The translations under genes were made by a program, and so were the position numbers. From Malacoraja senta (taxonomy: Eukaryota), in the NCBI GenBank assembly GCA_038087875.1, contig CM075994.1:7752001-7816000 (forward strand): a DNA stretch of 64,000 bases, in the 5' to 3' direction. Of this stretch, positions 11,039 to 22,455 are shown one piece after another (the stretch's first letter is position 1; each line of letters starts with the position of its first letter). The notes beneath the pieces were generated by a model. The model was given only the letters and a program-made list of their open reading frames with translations, did not search any database and was not told the DNA's origin.

Positions 11039-13034
11039 GTAAATTTTCAGTGTTTTAACTTGTTTCATATTGATGGGCATTAAGTGTTTTATTTGCAAGT
11101 AATTTCCCAGTGATCAATGCTAAGTAACATTTGGAAACTTAAATGTTTATTGCTCACTGTTGGGTAGAGCATTGGAAAGGCACCAAAAGATTGCAGTACA
11201 AATTATCTAGATTTACTTCATTAATAATCAAACAAAAGCACATGATTAATTTTTTGATTGAATGATTCGTAGCAGTGTAAATTCTATTTTAATCTCGGGT
11301 TTTTATTGTAATTTTCATGTTTTCCAGTGGTAATTTTTTAACGCGTTTCAGAATCTAAGCTAAAATTGGAAAATTGCATTAATTGATCAGATGGATTTTT
11401 GCAGGAAAGAGCCATGATGTCTCTGAATAAGATAAATTAGAGAAGCAGTTGACTCTTCGCTTATTCGTAAAATGTTGTTTTTCAGTAACAATGTGCCTGA
11501 ACTTTTGAACTGGTGTGGGCTTTTAAATTTTCCCAGTGTGGTATCAATTTTCCTTTATCTCGAAATCTATACATGCATTTGCTGAGCACTCTTGAAGGTG
11601 TTATAAGTTAACTAAACGATTTTTTCTTTTGGTTGATCTGTTTCTTGTTGATATATCTTGTTCCAACATTCTTATGCCTGTACCGTGCCAATTTTATTTC
11701 TGTTCCACATTCACTCCAAAACCATCTTTGCGTCAGTTGTTTGTTCTTATCTATTGTGGATTGCCTTGCATTTACGTTATGAGTCAAGCTTTGCAATAGG
11801 TAATTTTGTCTCTCCCGGTAAACTTGGCACCTTGTTTCATCTCTCTTTCATCCAGGAGCCCCTACTCCCAAATTATAAATTCCATACCACAACAGTATTG
11901 GTCCAGGTTTCTCCTACCTTGGAATTGTCACAGATATGTAAAGCCTGCATTCCGAGCCATTTATTCATTCCCTTTGTTAACTCCCTAAGTTTATTCATAT
12001 ACACATACATTTTGATGTCCCATTCTTTAATTTCCTCCTTAGCTCCTGAAACTAACTGCATGACGCACATCTTTCCTTTCTTTGCCTAAGGCTGCCCCTC
12101 CCGACACATTGATATTTACACCCATTAAATAACAACTTTCACCTTGTCACAAAGGTGATGCCTAAATTTATGGATCATTTCCAAATTGCTCTCCCAAGTT
12201 GTCATTACCATGGCTATTATTCAGCTTTAAATATGACTGACTGCAACTTGTTAGATTTCTGACTTCCTTACAGATTCTAGAAACCTGAAATAAAATAAAA
12301 AAATGCTGGAGACACACGGCAGTTCTGGCCCATCCGTAGAAAGATAAATCAAATCTGTTTTAGATCAAAGACCTTTTGTCAGAATGAAGTATTTGACAAA
12401 TAATTTTTAACCTGCAACGTTGATTCGGTTTCTGCTTCTACAGTTGCCGCTCATCCTGACTGTTTCCAACAATTTGTATTTTTATATATTTTTTAGCTGC
12501 ACCAAAACTTCTCAGCCACCAGTGTGGCCTGGTGTGACTTTATTGCCGATCTTAAACTTAAATTTGAGTAACTGGAAGCATTCCCTTCATGCATGCTGAT
12601 CCAAGCCATGTAGAGCGTACTGGAGATTGCACTTGATTCTAAATTGAAACGGGAGTCTCAGATATAGTCATTTTTCAACTTATTTCACTGTGACATCGAT
12701 TCCATGATTCCATTGTGTACTGTTCTTATCAAATAACAGATGTTCTTCTGCTATAATGCAGCGGTTGTGTTCCTAATAAACCTTCCATTATGGAAAATTG
12801 AGATAAAAACAATTGTATCAGGGGGCTAGGGGCTAGAGAATTTCAGACCCATAACATCAAAGTAATTTTTTCCACTAGATTTTCAAAAGTCTTTTTAATA
12901 GCAATGTTTATTTTTGTTAATGCAAGCTAAAAATAGTAAAGACTGTCTGTTACGTTGTTCAATAGAGTATCATTGCACAGGAGTCAATGGAAACAATTGC
13001 TTGCCAATTTCAATGCCTACTTACAGTGAAACTA

Positions 13035-13425
13035 ATTAACTTAGTCAATGTTATTCGTCATATGCACCCGAAGGTGCAGTGAAATAAATTTGCCAGCAGC
13101 GATAAACTTAAAAAGAACACACAATACACAATAAAATTTAACAGGAACAACCACCACTGCATTCTTCACTGTGGTGGAAGGCAACAAAGTTCAGCCAGCC
13201 CTCCTCCTTTGGGGCCATAAACCATCCGTAGTCACCGTTACGGACGGCCCGATGTACAGGCCTCTCGTCGGGATGATCGAAACTCCGACGTCGGGACGGT
13301 CGAACACACTTGGAGGTCCCGAATCAACACTTTCCTACCGGAGTCCGCGGCTTCAGGATGTTATAGGTCGCAGGCCAGCAGTCGGAGCTCTTCTCCGGCG
13401 ATCCGCAGCGAGGGAACAGCCTGGA
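13035..13425 (-). mobile_element. Non-coding retroposon fragment with Rex1-like 3' tail
   Basis: Tail resembles the Rex1 3' ends in this window; body resembles part of 61575-62432. Confidence 0.45.
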
Positions 13426-13707
13426 TACTTTTTTTTCCCTCAGGCCAACTGTTTTTCTAGTTAATTTCCAAAGTACCTTTTATGTGGCACGTTAGATCCC
13501 AATTAAAATTGTGTTACATCCAATTCGGCCTGTGAATTCCAAATAGTGTTCCCTAATTCATCTCTCGGGTTATGTCCAATTTGTGTTATGGAAACATGCG
13601 ATATTGCAGAACTACGCGTATATCAGTCCATTGTGAATTTTCATGGAAGGTACAATGTTAAGAAATTAATGAATCACTTCGTTACTTCTCCAAGGTACAA
13701 GACCCCA

Positions 13708-13930
13708 ACGGAGGGGTTTGGAGGGGAGGGGACCCGGGTGGAGCTGTTTGAAGGTGCATGGGTGTTTGTGGAAGGGTTTGGAGGGGAGGGGACTGGAGTG
13801 GAGGAGATCGGGGTGGAGGGGTTTAGAGGTGAGGGGACCGGAGTAGAGGGATTTGGAGATATAGAGACTGGCGTGGATGGGTTTGGAGGGAAGGAGACCA
13901 TCACAAAGGGGTTTGGAAGGGAGTGAACCA
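13708..13930. repeat. 30-bp G-rich minisatellite
   Basis: About 7 diverged units like GAGGGGTTTGGAGGGGAGGGGACCGGAGTG. Confidence 0.8.
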
Positions 13931-14164
13931 TGATGGACGGGTCGGGGCCCTCATGGAGTGGGTCTAGTGGGTGTTTGGGACGGGCGGTGGGACGGCCGGC
14001 CTGCCCTTGACGGGCGAAGTGGCCTCAGGCCTGGGACACACTGGGCTCGTCCACCCCACTAAGTCACCCCCCCCCCTCCCCCAGCCTCATCTGTCGCCTC
14101 TTCCGGCTTTTCCTTGAAGCCCTGTTTGAAGAATCTGACCTGCAGTGGGGTGGGGGAGGGAGAT

Positions 14165-14855
14165 TAGACTCCTTAGGGGGCAACACAGTCCCTCCCGGCC
14201 TGTAGGTGGCAGCACTGACCCTCCTAGCCAGTATGGGGCAGCATCGTCCCTCCCAGCCTGCAGTGGGCAGCATTGTCCCTCCTCCAGGCCTGTAGGGGAC
14301 AGCGCTCTCCCTCCTCCTCATGGCCTGTAGGGGGCAGCACAGTCCCTCCCAGCCTGTAAGGGGCAGCACTTCCCCTCCTGGTCTCTAGGTGGCAGCACTG
14401 CCCCCCCTCCTCCCAGCCTGTAGGTGGCAGCACTGTCCCTCCTCCCGGGCTGTAGGGGGCAGCACTGTCCCTCCTCCCGGCCTCTGGGGGGCAGCATTGT
14501 CCCTCTTCTACCCAATCTGCAGGTGGCAGCACTGCACCTCCTCCTCCCGGCCTTTAGTGGGCAGCACTGTCCCTCATCTCGGCCTGTAGGAGGCAGCACT
14601 AACCCTCCCAGCCTGTAGGGGGCAGCTCTGTTCATCCTCCTCCTGGCCTGCTGGGGGCAGCTCTGTTCCTCCTCCCGGCCTGCGGGGGCAGCACTGTTCC
14701 TCCTCCCAGATTGTAGGGGGCAGCTCTGTTCCTCCTAGCTCGTAGGGGGCAATACTGTCCCTCCCAGCCTCTAGGTGGCAGCACTGTTCCTCCTCCCAGC
14801 CAGTAGGGGGCAGTACTGTCCCTCCTGGCCATTAGGTGGCAGTCCAGTCCCTCCT
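14165..14855. repeat. ~32-bp GC-rich minisatellite
   Basis: About 20 diverged units like TGTAGGGGGCAGCACTGTCCCTCCTCCCGGCC. Confidence 0.92.
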
Positions 14856-14870
14856 TTTCAGGAGAGTTAA

Positions 14871-15161
14871 GCCCCTGTCCCACTTTCCCGAGTTACGAAT
14901 TCTCCCGAGTTTTCCCCTTGACTTAAACTCGGAGAATTACGGTAATAGCCAGCTGTATGTACTCGGGGCTATTTTTTTTACTCGTGGACATTTTTCAACA
15001 TGCTGAAAAAACGTCCCGACTTACCTGATGCCCCGAGTACCTACAGCTGGCATTACGAGCCGCTACGAAATATCTACGGACTCGCTACGGACATTCTCCG
15101 AATTTGAAGCAAGGGGAAAACTTGGGAGAATTTGTGAGTAACTCGGGAAAGTGGGACGGGC
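14871..15161. mobile_element. Foldback MITE flanked by TTAA (PIF/Harbinger-like ends)
   Basis: ~65-bp TIRs GCCCCTGTCCCACTTTCCCGAGTTAC... / ...GTAACTCGGGAAAGTGGGACGGGC; TTAA on both sides. Confidence 0.85.
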
Positions 15162-15327
15162 TTAAGATTTAGTTTTTTGGGCTAAGGGATTCGAGGGATA
15201 TGGGGATGAAGCCGGAACGGGAGCACTGATTGTGGATGATCAGCCATGATCATATTGAAGGGCCGAATAGCCTACTGCTGCATCTATTTTCTATGTTTCT
15301 ATGTTTATTGTCACATGTAACTCGGTA

Positions 15328-16320
15328 CAGGCACTCCCCGGCTTGCATGATAGGTGAATTATGCAAACTCTCACTTAAGTAAACAATTTACAATGGATGA
15401 ATGACCTGAATAACCTGTGTTATTGCAATAGGAAGATGGCGAGGGCTTCCCTTCAGCTTCATAGATTAAAAAAAGCGGCCACTGTGGGTACGATACTGGG
15501 AAGACGAGCGAGAACGAGGGAGGGGGTGGGTGGCAATTCCCAGCCGTCAATAACTTGTTCCATAAGTTGCACCAGTGAGCCTTTCACCAGCTGCCACACT
15601 GTTTTGTTAACTGAGCTGGTGTTGCGGCTCACATTGTAGCCCCTGGTTAACAGTGCCAGGCCACCAACACTGACAGGATATGCTCGTTCACCATGGGGCC
15701 TCTCTCCCCTCTCACCAATTGCCACTCCTTCCTGTTGGCCGTCACTTTGTTTGCTCCTTCCTCCACAACCGCCACCACCTCTTTTTCCCCCAGTCACCGA
15801 CATCTTCCTCCTTGGAGAAGGAGGTGACTGTGGGCGGGAGAGCGGACAAAGCGACAGTCGACAGGGCGAAGCAGCAGCTGGTGAAATGGGAAGGAGCCCT
15901 GGTAACCGATGCACCCTGTCAGTGGCCACAGCCTGAATAAAATGCTGTCAGCCTGGGGCTACAACGCTAGCCGCAACAACAGCCACGTAAACCGCATGGT
16001 GTGGCAGCTGGATAAGAAGGGCTCACTGGTGCAGACCAGCAGCTTCAGCGCTTAGTTTTAAGATGAAGCAACACAAAGTACTGCAGTAACTCAGCAGACT
16101 GATCAGTCTGAAGAAGGACCTGACCAGAAACCTCACCTGTCCATGTTCTCCAGAGATGCTGCATGACCTGTTGAGTTACGCCAGCAATTTGTGTTTTATG
16201 TATTAACCGGCATCTGCAGTTCTTTGTTTCTACCTAGTTTTAATGTGATTCCGACGTCTAAAATCTGACTTGCGTAAGGGTTTTTGGAACGTAACCTTGG
16301 CGTAAGTGGGGGAGTGTCTG
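15328..16320. mobile_element. Tigger/pogo-like non-autonomous element
   Basis: TA|CAGGCACTCCCC ... GGGGAGTGTCTG|TA; splits a Rex1-like tail (TTTATTGTCACATGTAACTCGGTA|CAGTGAAAT); internal inverted repeats. Confidence 0.75.
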
Positions 16321-16849
16321 TACAGTGAAATCCTCCTTTTGCACATAGTTCATTGATAATCCTGTTACATTAGACATAATCATTCTACGTATAAGAGTGT
16401 AAGACAGTCCGATTGCAGTGAGTCCATAAACAAGTCACCATGTTTTAGGCACCATCTTGCACCCTTCAAGTACAAAATTTTGGGGGGGAAATTAGTATTA
16501 GTTTGGTCATAAATGTAATCAATTGAAAATAAATGTTACTTTGAAATAATTTTAAAACATTGTACCCTCATTTTATAGCAGTTTGGGTAACAGAAATTCA
16601 CCCTTTTGGAATTCACAAATCACTACCAAAAATTTAAGATACAACATAAAAATTTGCTATCAGAACTTGTGAGAAAAAAAATCAACGAAATAAACACAAA
16701 ACACCCCCAAAAAAGTGTCAATTTTTGTCAGTTCGAATCATTGATAATTACAACGTGGACGGTTTTCTTGGAGCACAGCTCCTTCATAACACAGGTATAC
16801 TGTATGGTACATTAAAAAAAACTGATAACATTGTCTATTATATTTCCAG

Positions 16850-17428
16850 AGCGAGATCATTAGAGACAATCCAGGAATATTTGATTGTGTGAAGGAAGGT
16901 GTATGCAGACTGGTGGGAATGGGTGTCCCACACAGCAAGCGCCTGCTTCCTCTTGGAGTCTTAATCTTTCCAACTGTCTTGCATGGAGTGTTCCATTACA
17001 TCATCAGTGCCATCATTCAGAAGTTAATTCTATTTTTTCTACGGAGGAAGGCATCACATGAGTGCCCAGCTGATGCTTCCAGTTCCATACAGACTGTGCT
17101 GGATGCTTATTTCCCTGAACTGATTGCTGCTTTTGTTGCTAATCTTTGTGCTGATGTTTTAGTTTATCCATTGGAAACTGTACTTCACCGCCTTCACATT
17201 CAAGGAACACGCACCATCATTGATAACACAGACCATGGATATGAAGTTCTTCCTATTAACACTCAGTATGAAGGAATGAAAGACTGCATTAATGTAATCA
17301 AGAAAGAAGAAGGCATATTTGGCTTCTATAAGGGTTTTGGGGCCGTTCTTGTCCAGTACACATTGCATGCTGCTGTATTGCAGATTACTAGAATAATATA
17401 TTCTACATGGTTGCAAAATACCACTTAA
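16850..17428 (+). CDS. SLC25A46: SLC25A46 last coding exon (mitochondrial outer-membrane carrier-family protein, C-terminus)
   Basis: tttccag acceptor then [17 protein letters not shown]...[23 protein letters not shown]...FYKGFGAV...stop TAA at 17426-17428; contains the carrier signature PxE(T)xxxR. Confidence 0.97.
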   Translation, partial: SEIIRDNPGIFDCVKEGVCRLVGMGVPHSKRLLPLGVLIFPTVLHGVFHYIISAIIQKLILFFLRRKASHECPADASSSIQTVLDAYFPELIAAFVANLCADVLVYPLETVLHRLHIQGTRTIIDNTDHGYEVLPINTQYEGMKDCINVIKKEEGIFGFYKGFGAVLVQYTLHAAVLQITRIIYSTWLQNTT

Positions 17429-17514
17429 TCCAGGAGTTTAAGATGTCATTGGTAAATAACCAATAGTCATGAAGAACAAGTTATTAATTTCCTATGGTGC
17501 ATGTTAGAAGCACT

Positions 17515-17520
17515 AATAAA
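17515..17520 (+). promoter_or_regulatory. Candidate polyadenylation signal of SLC25A46
   Basis: First AATAAA after the stop codon; another lies at 18774-18779. The true site cannot be determined without transcript data. Confidence 0.3.
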
Positions 17521-18244
17521 ATGCACTCTGTAACTATTTAAACTATTGAGTTGTTAAATCTAGTTTTAATAATAAGTATTTGTAAAATTGTAAAGCTGCC
17601 CATGATTTGTCTTTTAATGTCCTTTTAATTTAAAGTGATTCCTGCCATTCCCCATGATTCTCTTTTTGTAGTATCATTTTCTCCCACAATGCAGTATCCA
17701 TCCAAATCAGAATAAGCCAAAAGGAATTATAAACTTATTCTATCTCTATTACTTAACATGAAAATAACTTATAGAGCTGTTTTCTTTGTAATTTTTGATC
17801 AGCATTTTTACTTTTATTGGCACACCTTCTGCATGAAATAGATTTTTCATGCCTCCTTGCCTCATTTTTTTCATCGAAGAATGTGTCACAATGTGAACAA
17901 ACCGAATTCTTCATCCCTAGTGAATTTATCTGCTGAAAACTATTAAATGGTAAGAAAAGGAGAATCATAATTTGGCTTAATGTTTAGTTAAAGTTAGAGT
18001 GCTTTATTACTGCAGTTGTAATTTACTAATTTTGACTGGCTGCCTTATTGAATTTCTTTATTTCCAGGTATCAAGATTGTGGCTTTTGTATATAATAATT
18101 ATCTTTATCATTGTACAAACTATAATATGATGAATGAAAGTTAACACATTCTTTGAGTTCCATTTGTGATCTGGATACAAATGTACATATTTCCTATTTT
18201 TCCATGGTGAATGCTTGCCAGTTTAGTCAACTAAGTATCAATTT

Positions 18245-18645
18245 AAAAAAAGATAGTGCTGGAGTAATTCAACAGATCAGGCAGCATCTCTGGAGAACAT
18301 AGATAGGTGATGTTTTGGCTGGAGACACTTCTTCAGACTGATGGTGATTGGGGGAGGGGAGGACAGAGCCTACCCAGTAACAGGTAGATACAGATGAGGA
18401 AGGGGGGGTTGATAGCCAGATGGTTGGACAAAGTCCAGAGATGCAAAGACAGAAGGATTGGGGAGTTGTACATTGTGAAGCTCGTGGAAGAATGTAGGGA
18501 AGGGGGAGGGGGGAAATAGGTGCTAGTCCAGGTGGGGGGGGGGGGGGGGTTGGAGGCTTTGATTGTTACCTAAAATTGGAAAATTCAATGTTCATACCAT
18601 TGGGTTGTAGCCCACCCACAAGGAGTATGGGGTGTTCCTCCAATC
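18245..18645 (-). mobile_element. Penelope-like element fragment
   Basis: Similar to 38390-38930: end of the GIY-YIG coding region plus terminal repeat. Confidence 0.65.
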
Positions 18646-20139
18646 AGATAAATTGTCAGGGGAAGAAGAAACTTGACGGTAAAATTCATGCCCACATCTG
18701 AGCTTTGTTTTTAATCACTATAAATGATGATTATTGAAATCTGTCAATCTCATTTCCTAGTTTAGTTTCACTGAATAAATACAATCAAATGGTACAATAG
18801 TTGTTTTTCCCCCAAATTTTCTCTAGATTTCAGGATTTAAATATTTCTAAAGATACTAAACTTTTTTGCTATCATGGAATTAAAGTGTACATCTGAAATG
18901 AGAGGTGTAAAACATTCTCTGTCAGCCCTTAATCTTTTAAAAAAATGTTTAGATCCACTCTTTAAAGCTTCCTCCATTGTCAATGTGCAGGTTTGTCTCA
19001 AAGCCAAAAATTGAAATTGTAATGGTTCTTTTGGATTTTATTTTGGGGGGGGGGGGGGGGGGTAGGGTAATAGAAAAAGCGTTCAGGCAGGATAGGATGG
19101 GAAAAGTAGAAAGCAAATACTATTAATTCACGACTGCCCGATAGATGCCAGAGCATAATTTCCATAATAGGATTTGAATGTTCAAACTGAATTGTTTAGT
19201 ATCAAAAGAGAGAGAATTTAATTGTAGTAATCCAAGTAGTTTACAGATTGCCAAATGATGGGAAGGAAATTCTTGGGTTCGGGTTTAATTCATAGCAACT
19301 TTCATTCAATGTAAATTGTACATTGATCAATATCCAATGTATATCACTACGCTGTTTCATAAATGACCTTGCAATTCACTGTTTCAAGAATGAGAAATAG
19401 GGTAATTCTTTATAGATTGTGATTTGTGCAATACTTATCCTGTTATTGATTGCAAGCAATTTCATGGGAAAGATGCTGAAAATATTCAGGCATATCTCAA
19501 AGTATGTTACATTGTCTCTATCTGAAATTATTAGAAAAGTACAGATGGAATACCTATTATCTGCAGACCTTGCCTACACAGTAAGTAAAATATTATCCAA
19601 ATCATCTAAGAATAATATAGACATTGACCAACAAAAATGCTTGGATACAGTGGAGGAAAAGATATGACCTAAAAAAAGGGGGATAACCTTGTGTCTTCCC
19701 AATGCTTTTGGCGGGAGAGTGTATTAAACTTCACTCATCCAAGGTGGGCATCAAGCTGACAAAAACCATGAAAAGTGCTGATTTGAGTACAAGAGCACGG
19801 TGAGTGATTGTGAGCTAATATATGTCTTTAAAGGAATGATAGTATTTGTAAGGTAAAGATTTAAAATATGAATCTTTTTCAAAGTTTAAAAGGAAAGCAT
19901 TTTACTTCAAATTGTAAATTGTATTCTGCTGCCTTCAGTAAATGACTAGCTGTAACTGGTTGACTTAGTTTCCTCTTCTCGGTTATACGTTTTCTTAGCT
20001 CATCAATGCCGTAGTAGGTATTGGGTTTAATGACAGTACATTAATAGTACACACTTCAGTAAATGCAGAACATTTATCATGGTAATCCTCCAGCTGACCA
20101 TATCATAAGCAATGTCAACTTTAATTTGGGTTCTTGATC

Positions 20140-22455
20140 AATGGGCTGAGGAATGAGCTGCACGCCGTGGTCAACAAGCACCAGACAGCTTATCCCAAGG
20201 CGTTTACCACTATAGCCGGGGACTTCAACAAAGCCAACCTGAAAAAAATCACTCCCAAACTACCATCAACATGTCTTCTGCAGCATCAGAGGATTAAACA
20301 CCCTTGACGACTGCTATACGACGATCAAGGATGCCTATCGCTCTATCTATCACCCTCACTTTGGAAAATCTGACCATACAGCAGTGCTGCTTCTTCCTGC
20401 ATACAGGCAACAACTGACGAGCGCACCCCCAGAGGTGAGGACTGCACAGAGCTGGGCTGGGGAGGCAGAGGAACAACTCCAGGTCTGCTTAGAGTCGGTA
20501 GACTGGACAATGTTCAAGGACTCGGCAACGGACCTGAATGAATACGCCACAGTGGTTACAGACTTCATAAGGATATATTCCTACAAAAACCTTCTGAGTG
20601 TTTCCTAACTAGAAGCCTTGGATTAACCATGAGATCCGCATTCTTCTGAAGACCAGATCCCGGCCATTCAGGACTGGTGACGCAGAGGTCTATAAGAAGT
20701 CCAGATATGATCTTGATAAGGCCATCAAAAAGGTCAAAAGGGACTTCCGTTCAAAGCTGGAGGTTGGGGCGGATGTTCAGCAACTGTGGTAGGGCCATCA
20801 CCTCCAAGGCAAAATCAAGAGGCAGCTCAAGTGACAGCGAAGCATCACCCGATGAGCTCTGTGTTCTACGCACGCTTTGATAGGGAGAACACTGATGTGC
20901 CTTCCCGAGCCCCCATACGCCCTGACGGTATCACAGTCACAGAGCCGACGTCAGCAGATCCTTCAAGGGTTGAACCCTCTGAAAACGTCGACTTGATGGT
21001 ATTCCCGGTCGAGTTCCCAAAACCTGTGCAGACCAACTGGCTGGGTTTTTACAGACATTTTCAACTTCTCACTACTGAGGTCTGAGGTTCCCACCTGCTT
21101 TAAGAGGGCATCAACAATACCAAGAAGAGTAAGGTGATGTGCCTCAACGACTATCGACCAGTGGCACAAACGTCTGTGGTGATGAAGTGCTTGAGAGGTT
21201 GGTTATGAGGCATATCAGCTCCTACCTCAAGAACCTTGACCCACTACAATTTGCTTACCGTCACAATGGGTCCACGAGCATGCAATCTCACTGTCTCTCC
21301 ACTCCGCACTGGACCTCTTGGACAATAAAAACACTTACGTCGGGCTGTTGTTTATAGACAACAGCTTGGCATTCAATTAAAAAAAAAAACTGGTTACCAA
21401 GCTCACGGATCTGGGTCTCTGCACATCCCTCTGCAATTGGATCCTCGACTTCCTCATTCATAGACCACAGTCTGTTCGAATTGGCAGAAATACTTCACCC
21501 TCAGTAACAATCAGTATGGGAGCACCTCAAGGCTGTGTGCTCAGACCCCTGCTCTACTCGCTCTATACTCATGACTATGAACTCCATCTTCAAGTTTGCC
21601 GACGACACCACCGTTGTGTGACGAATTACAGATGGTGACGAGTCAGAGTATAGAAGTGAGATCGACCGACTGACCAAATGGTGCCAGCACAACAACCTGG
21701 CTCTCAATATCAGTAAAACCAATGTGGACTTTGGAAGAGGAGGGATGAGGACCCACAATCCTGTTTATATCAATGGGACGATGGTGGAGAGAGTCAAAAA
21801 ACTTCAAATTCCTGGGACGTGCATATTTCCGAAGATCTTTCCTGGACCAGCACACTGATGCAATTATAAAGTAAGCACATCAGCGCCTCTACTTCCTGGG
21901 AAGTTAAGGAGAATCAGTATGTCTGTGAGGATTCTCTTGAACTTCTACAGATGCACAGTAGCGAGCATATTGTCTGGTTGCATCATGGCCTTGTTCTGCA
22001 ACTTGAACATCCAGGAGCGGAAAAGACCGCAAAATGTTGGAACACTGCCAGTCCATCACCGGCTCTGACCTCCCCACCATCGAAGGGACTTTATCGGAGT
22101 CGCTGCCTCAAAAAGGGAGCCAACATCATCAGAGACTAACACCATCCTGGCCAAACACTCATCGCACCACTGCCATTGGGAAGAAGGTGCAGGAGCCTGA
22201 AAACTGTAATGTCCAGGTTCAGGAACAGCTACTTCCCTACAGCCTTCAGGCTACTAAACACTACAACCTCATATAAGCTCTGAACTACAAAAGGCTATTA
22301 TTATTATTGCACTATTATTGTTTGTTTTTTGTGTGTGTGAACTTTTTTTTTCCTCTCGTTTTATCATTATTTACAGTGTACTATATTCTGTTGTGCTGCA
22401 GCAAGAATTTCATTGTTCTATCTGGGACATATGACGATAAAATACTCTTGACTTG
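20140..22455 (+). mobile_element. Rex1/Babar-type LINE, decayed
   Basis: EN remnant (IAGDFNKANL, SDH), RT remnants ([24 protein letters not shown]) and 3' UTR. Confidence 0.88.

Noticed and set aside
13546..13931. EGFGGEGTGV / PSTP repeat ORFs
   Set aside because: Product of a 30-bp tandem repeat inside an intron; no splice or homology support.
14064..14883. Several overlapping repetitive ORFs; superficially CRISPR-like periodicity
   Set aside because: Translations of a minisatellite; there are no unique spacers or cas genes and the context is eukaryotic.
16889..17428. Stand-alone 179-aa gene or processed pseudogene
   Set aside because: It is the last exon of SLC25A46; the frame opens at the acceptor at 16850 and upstream exons are present.
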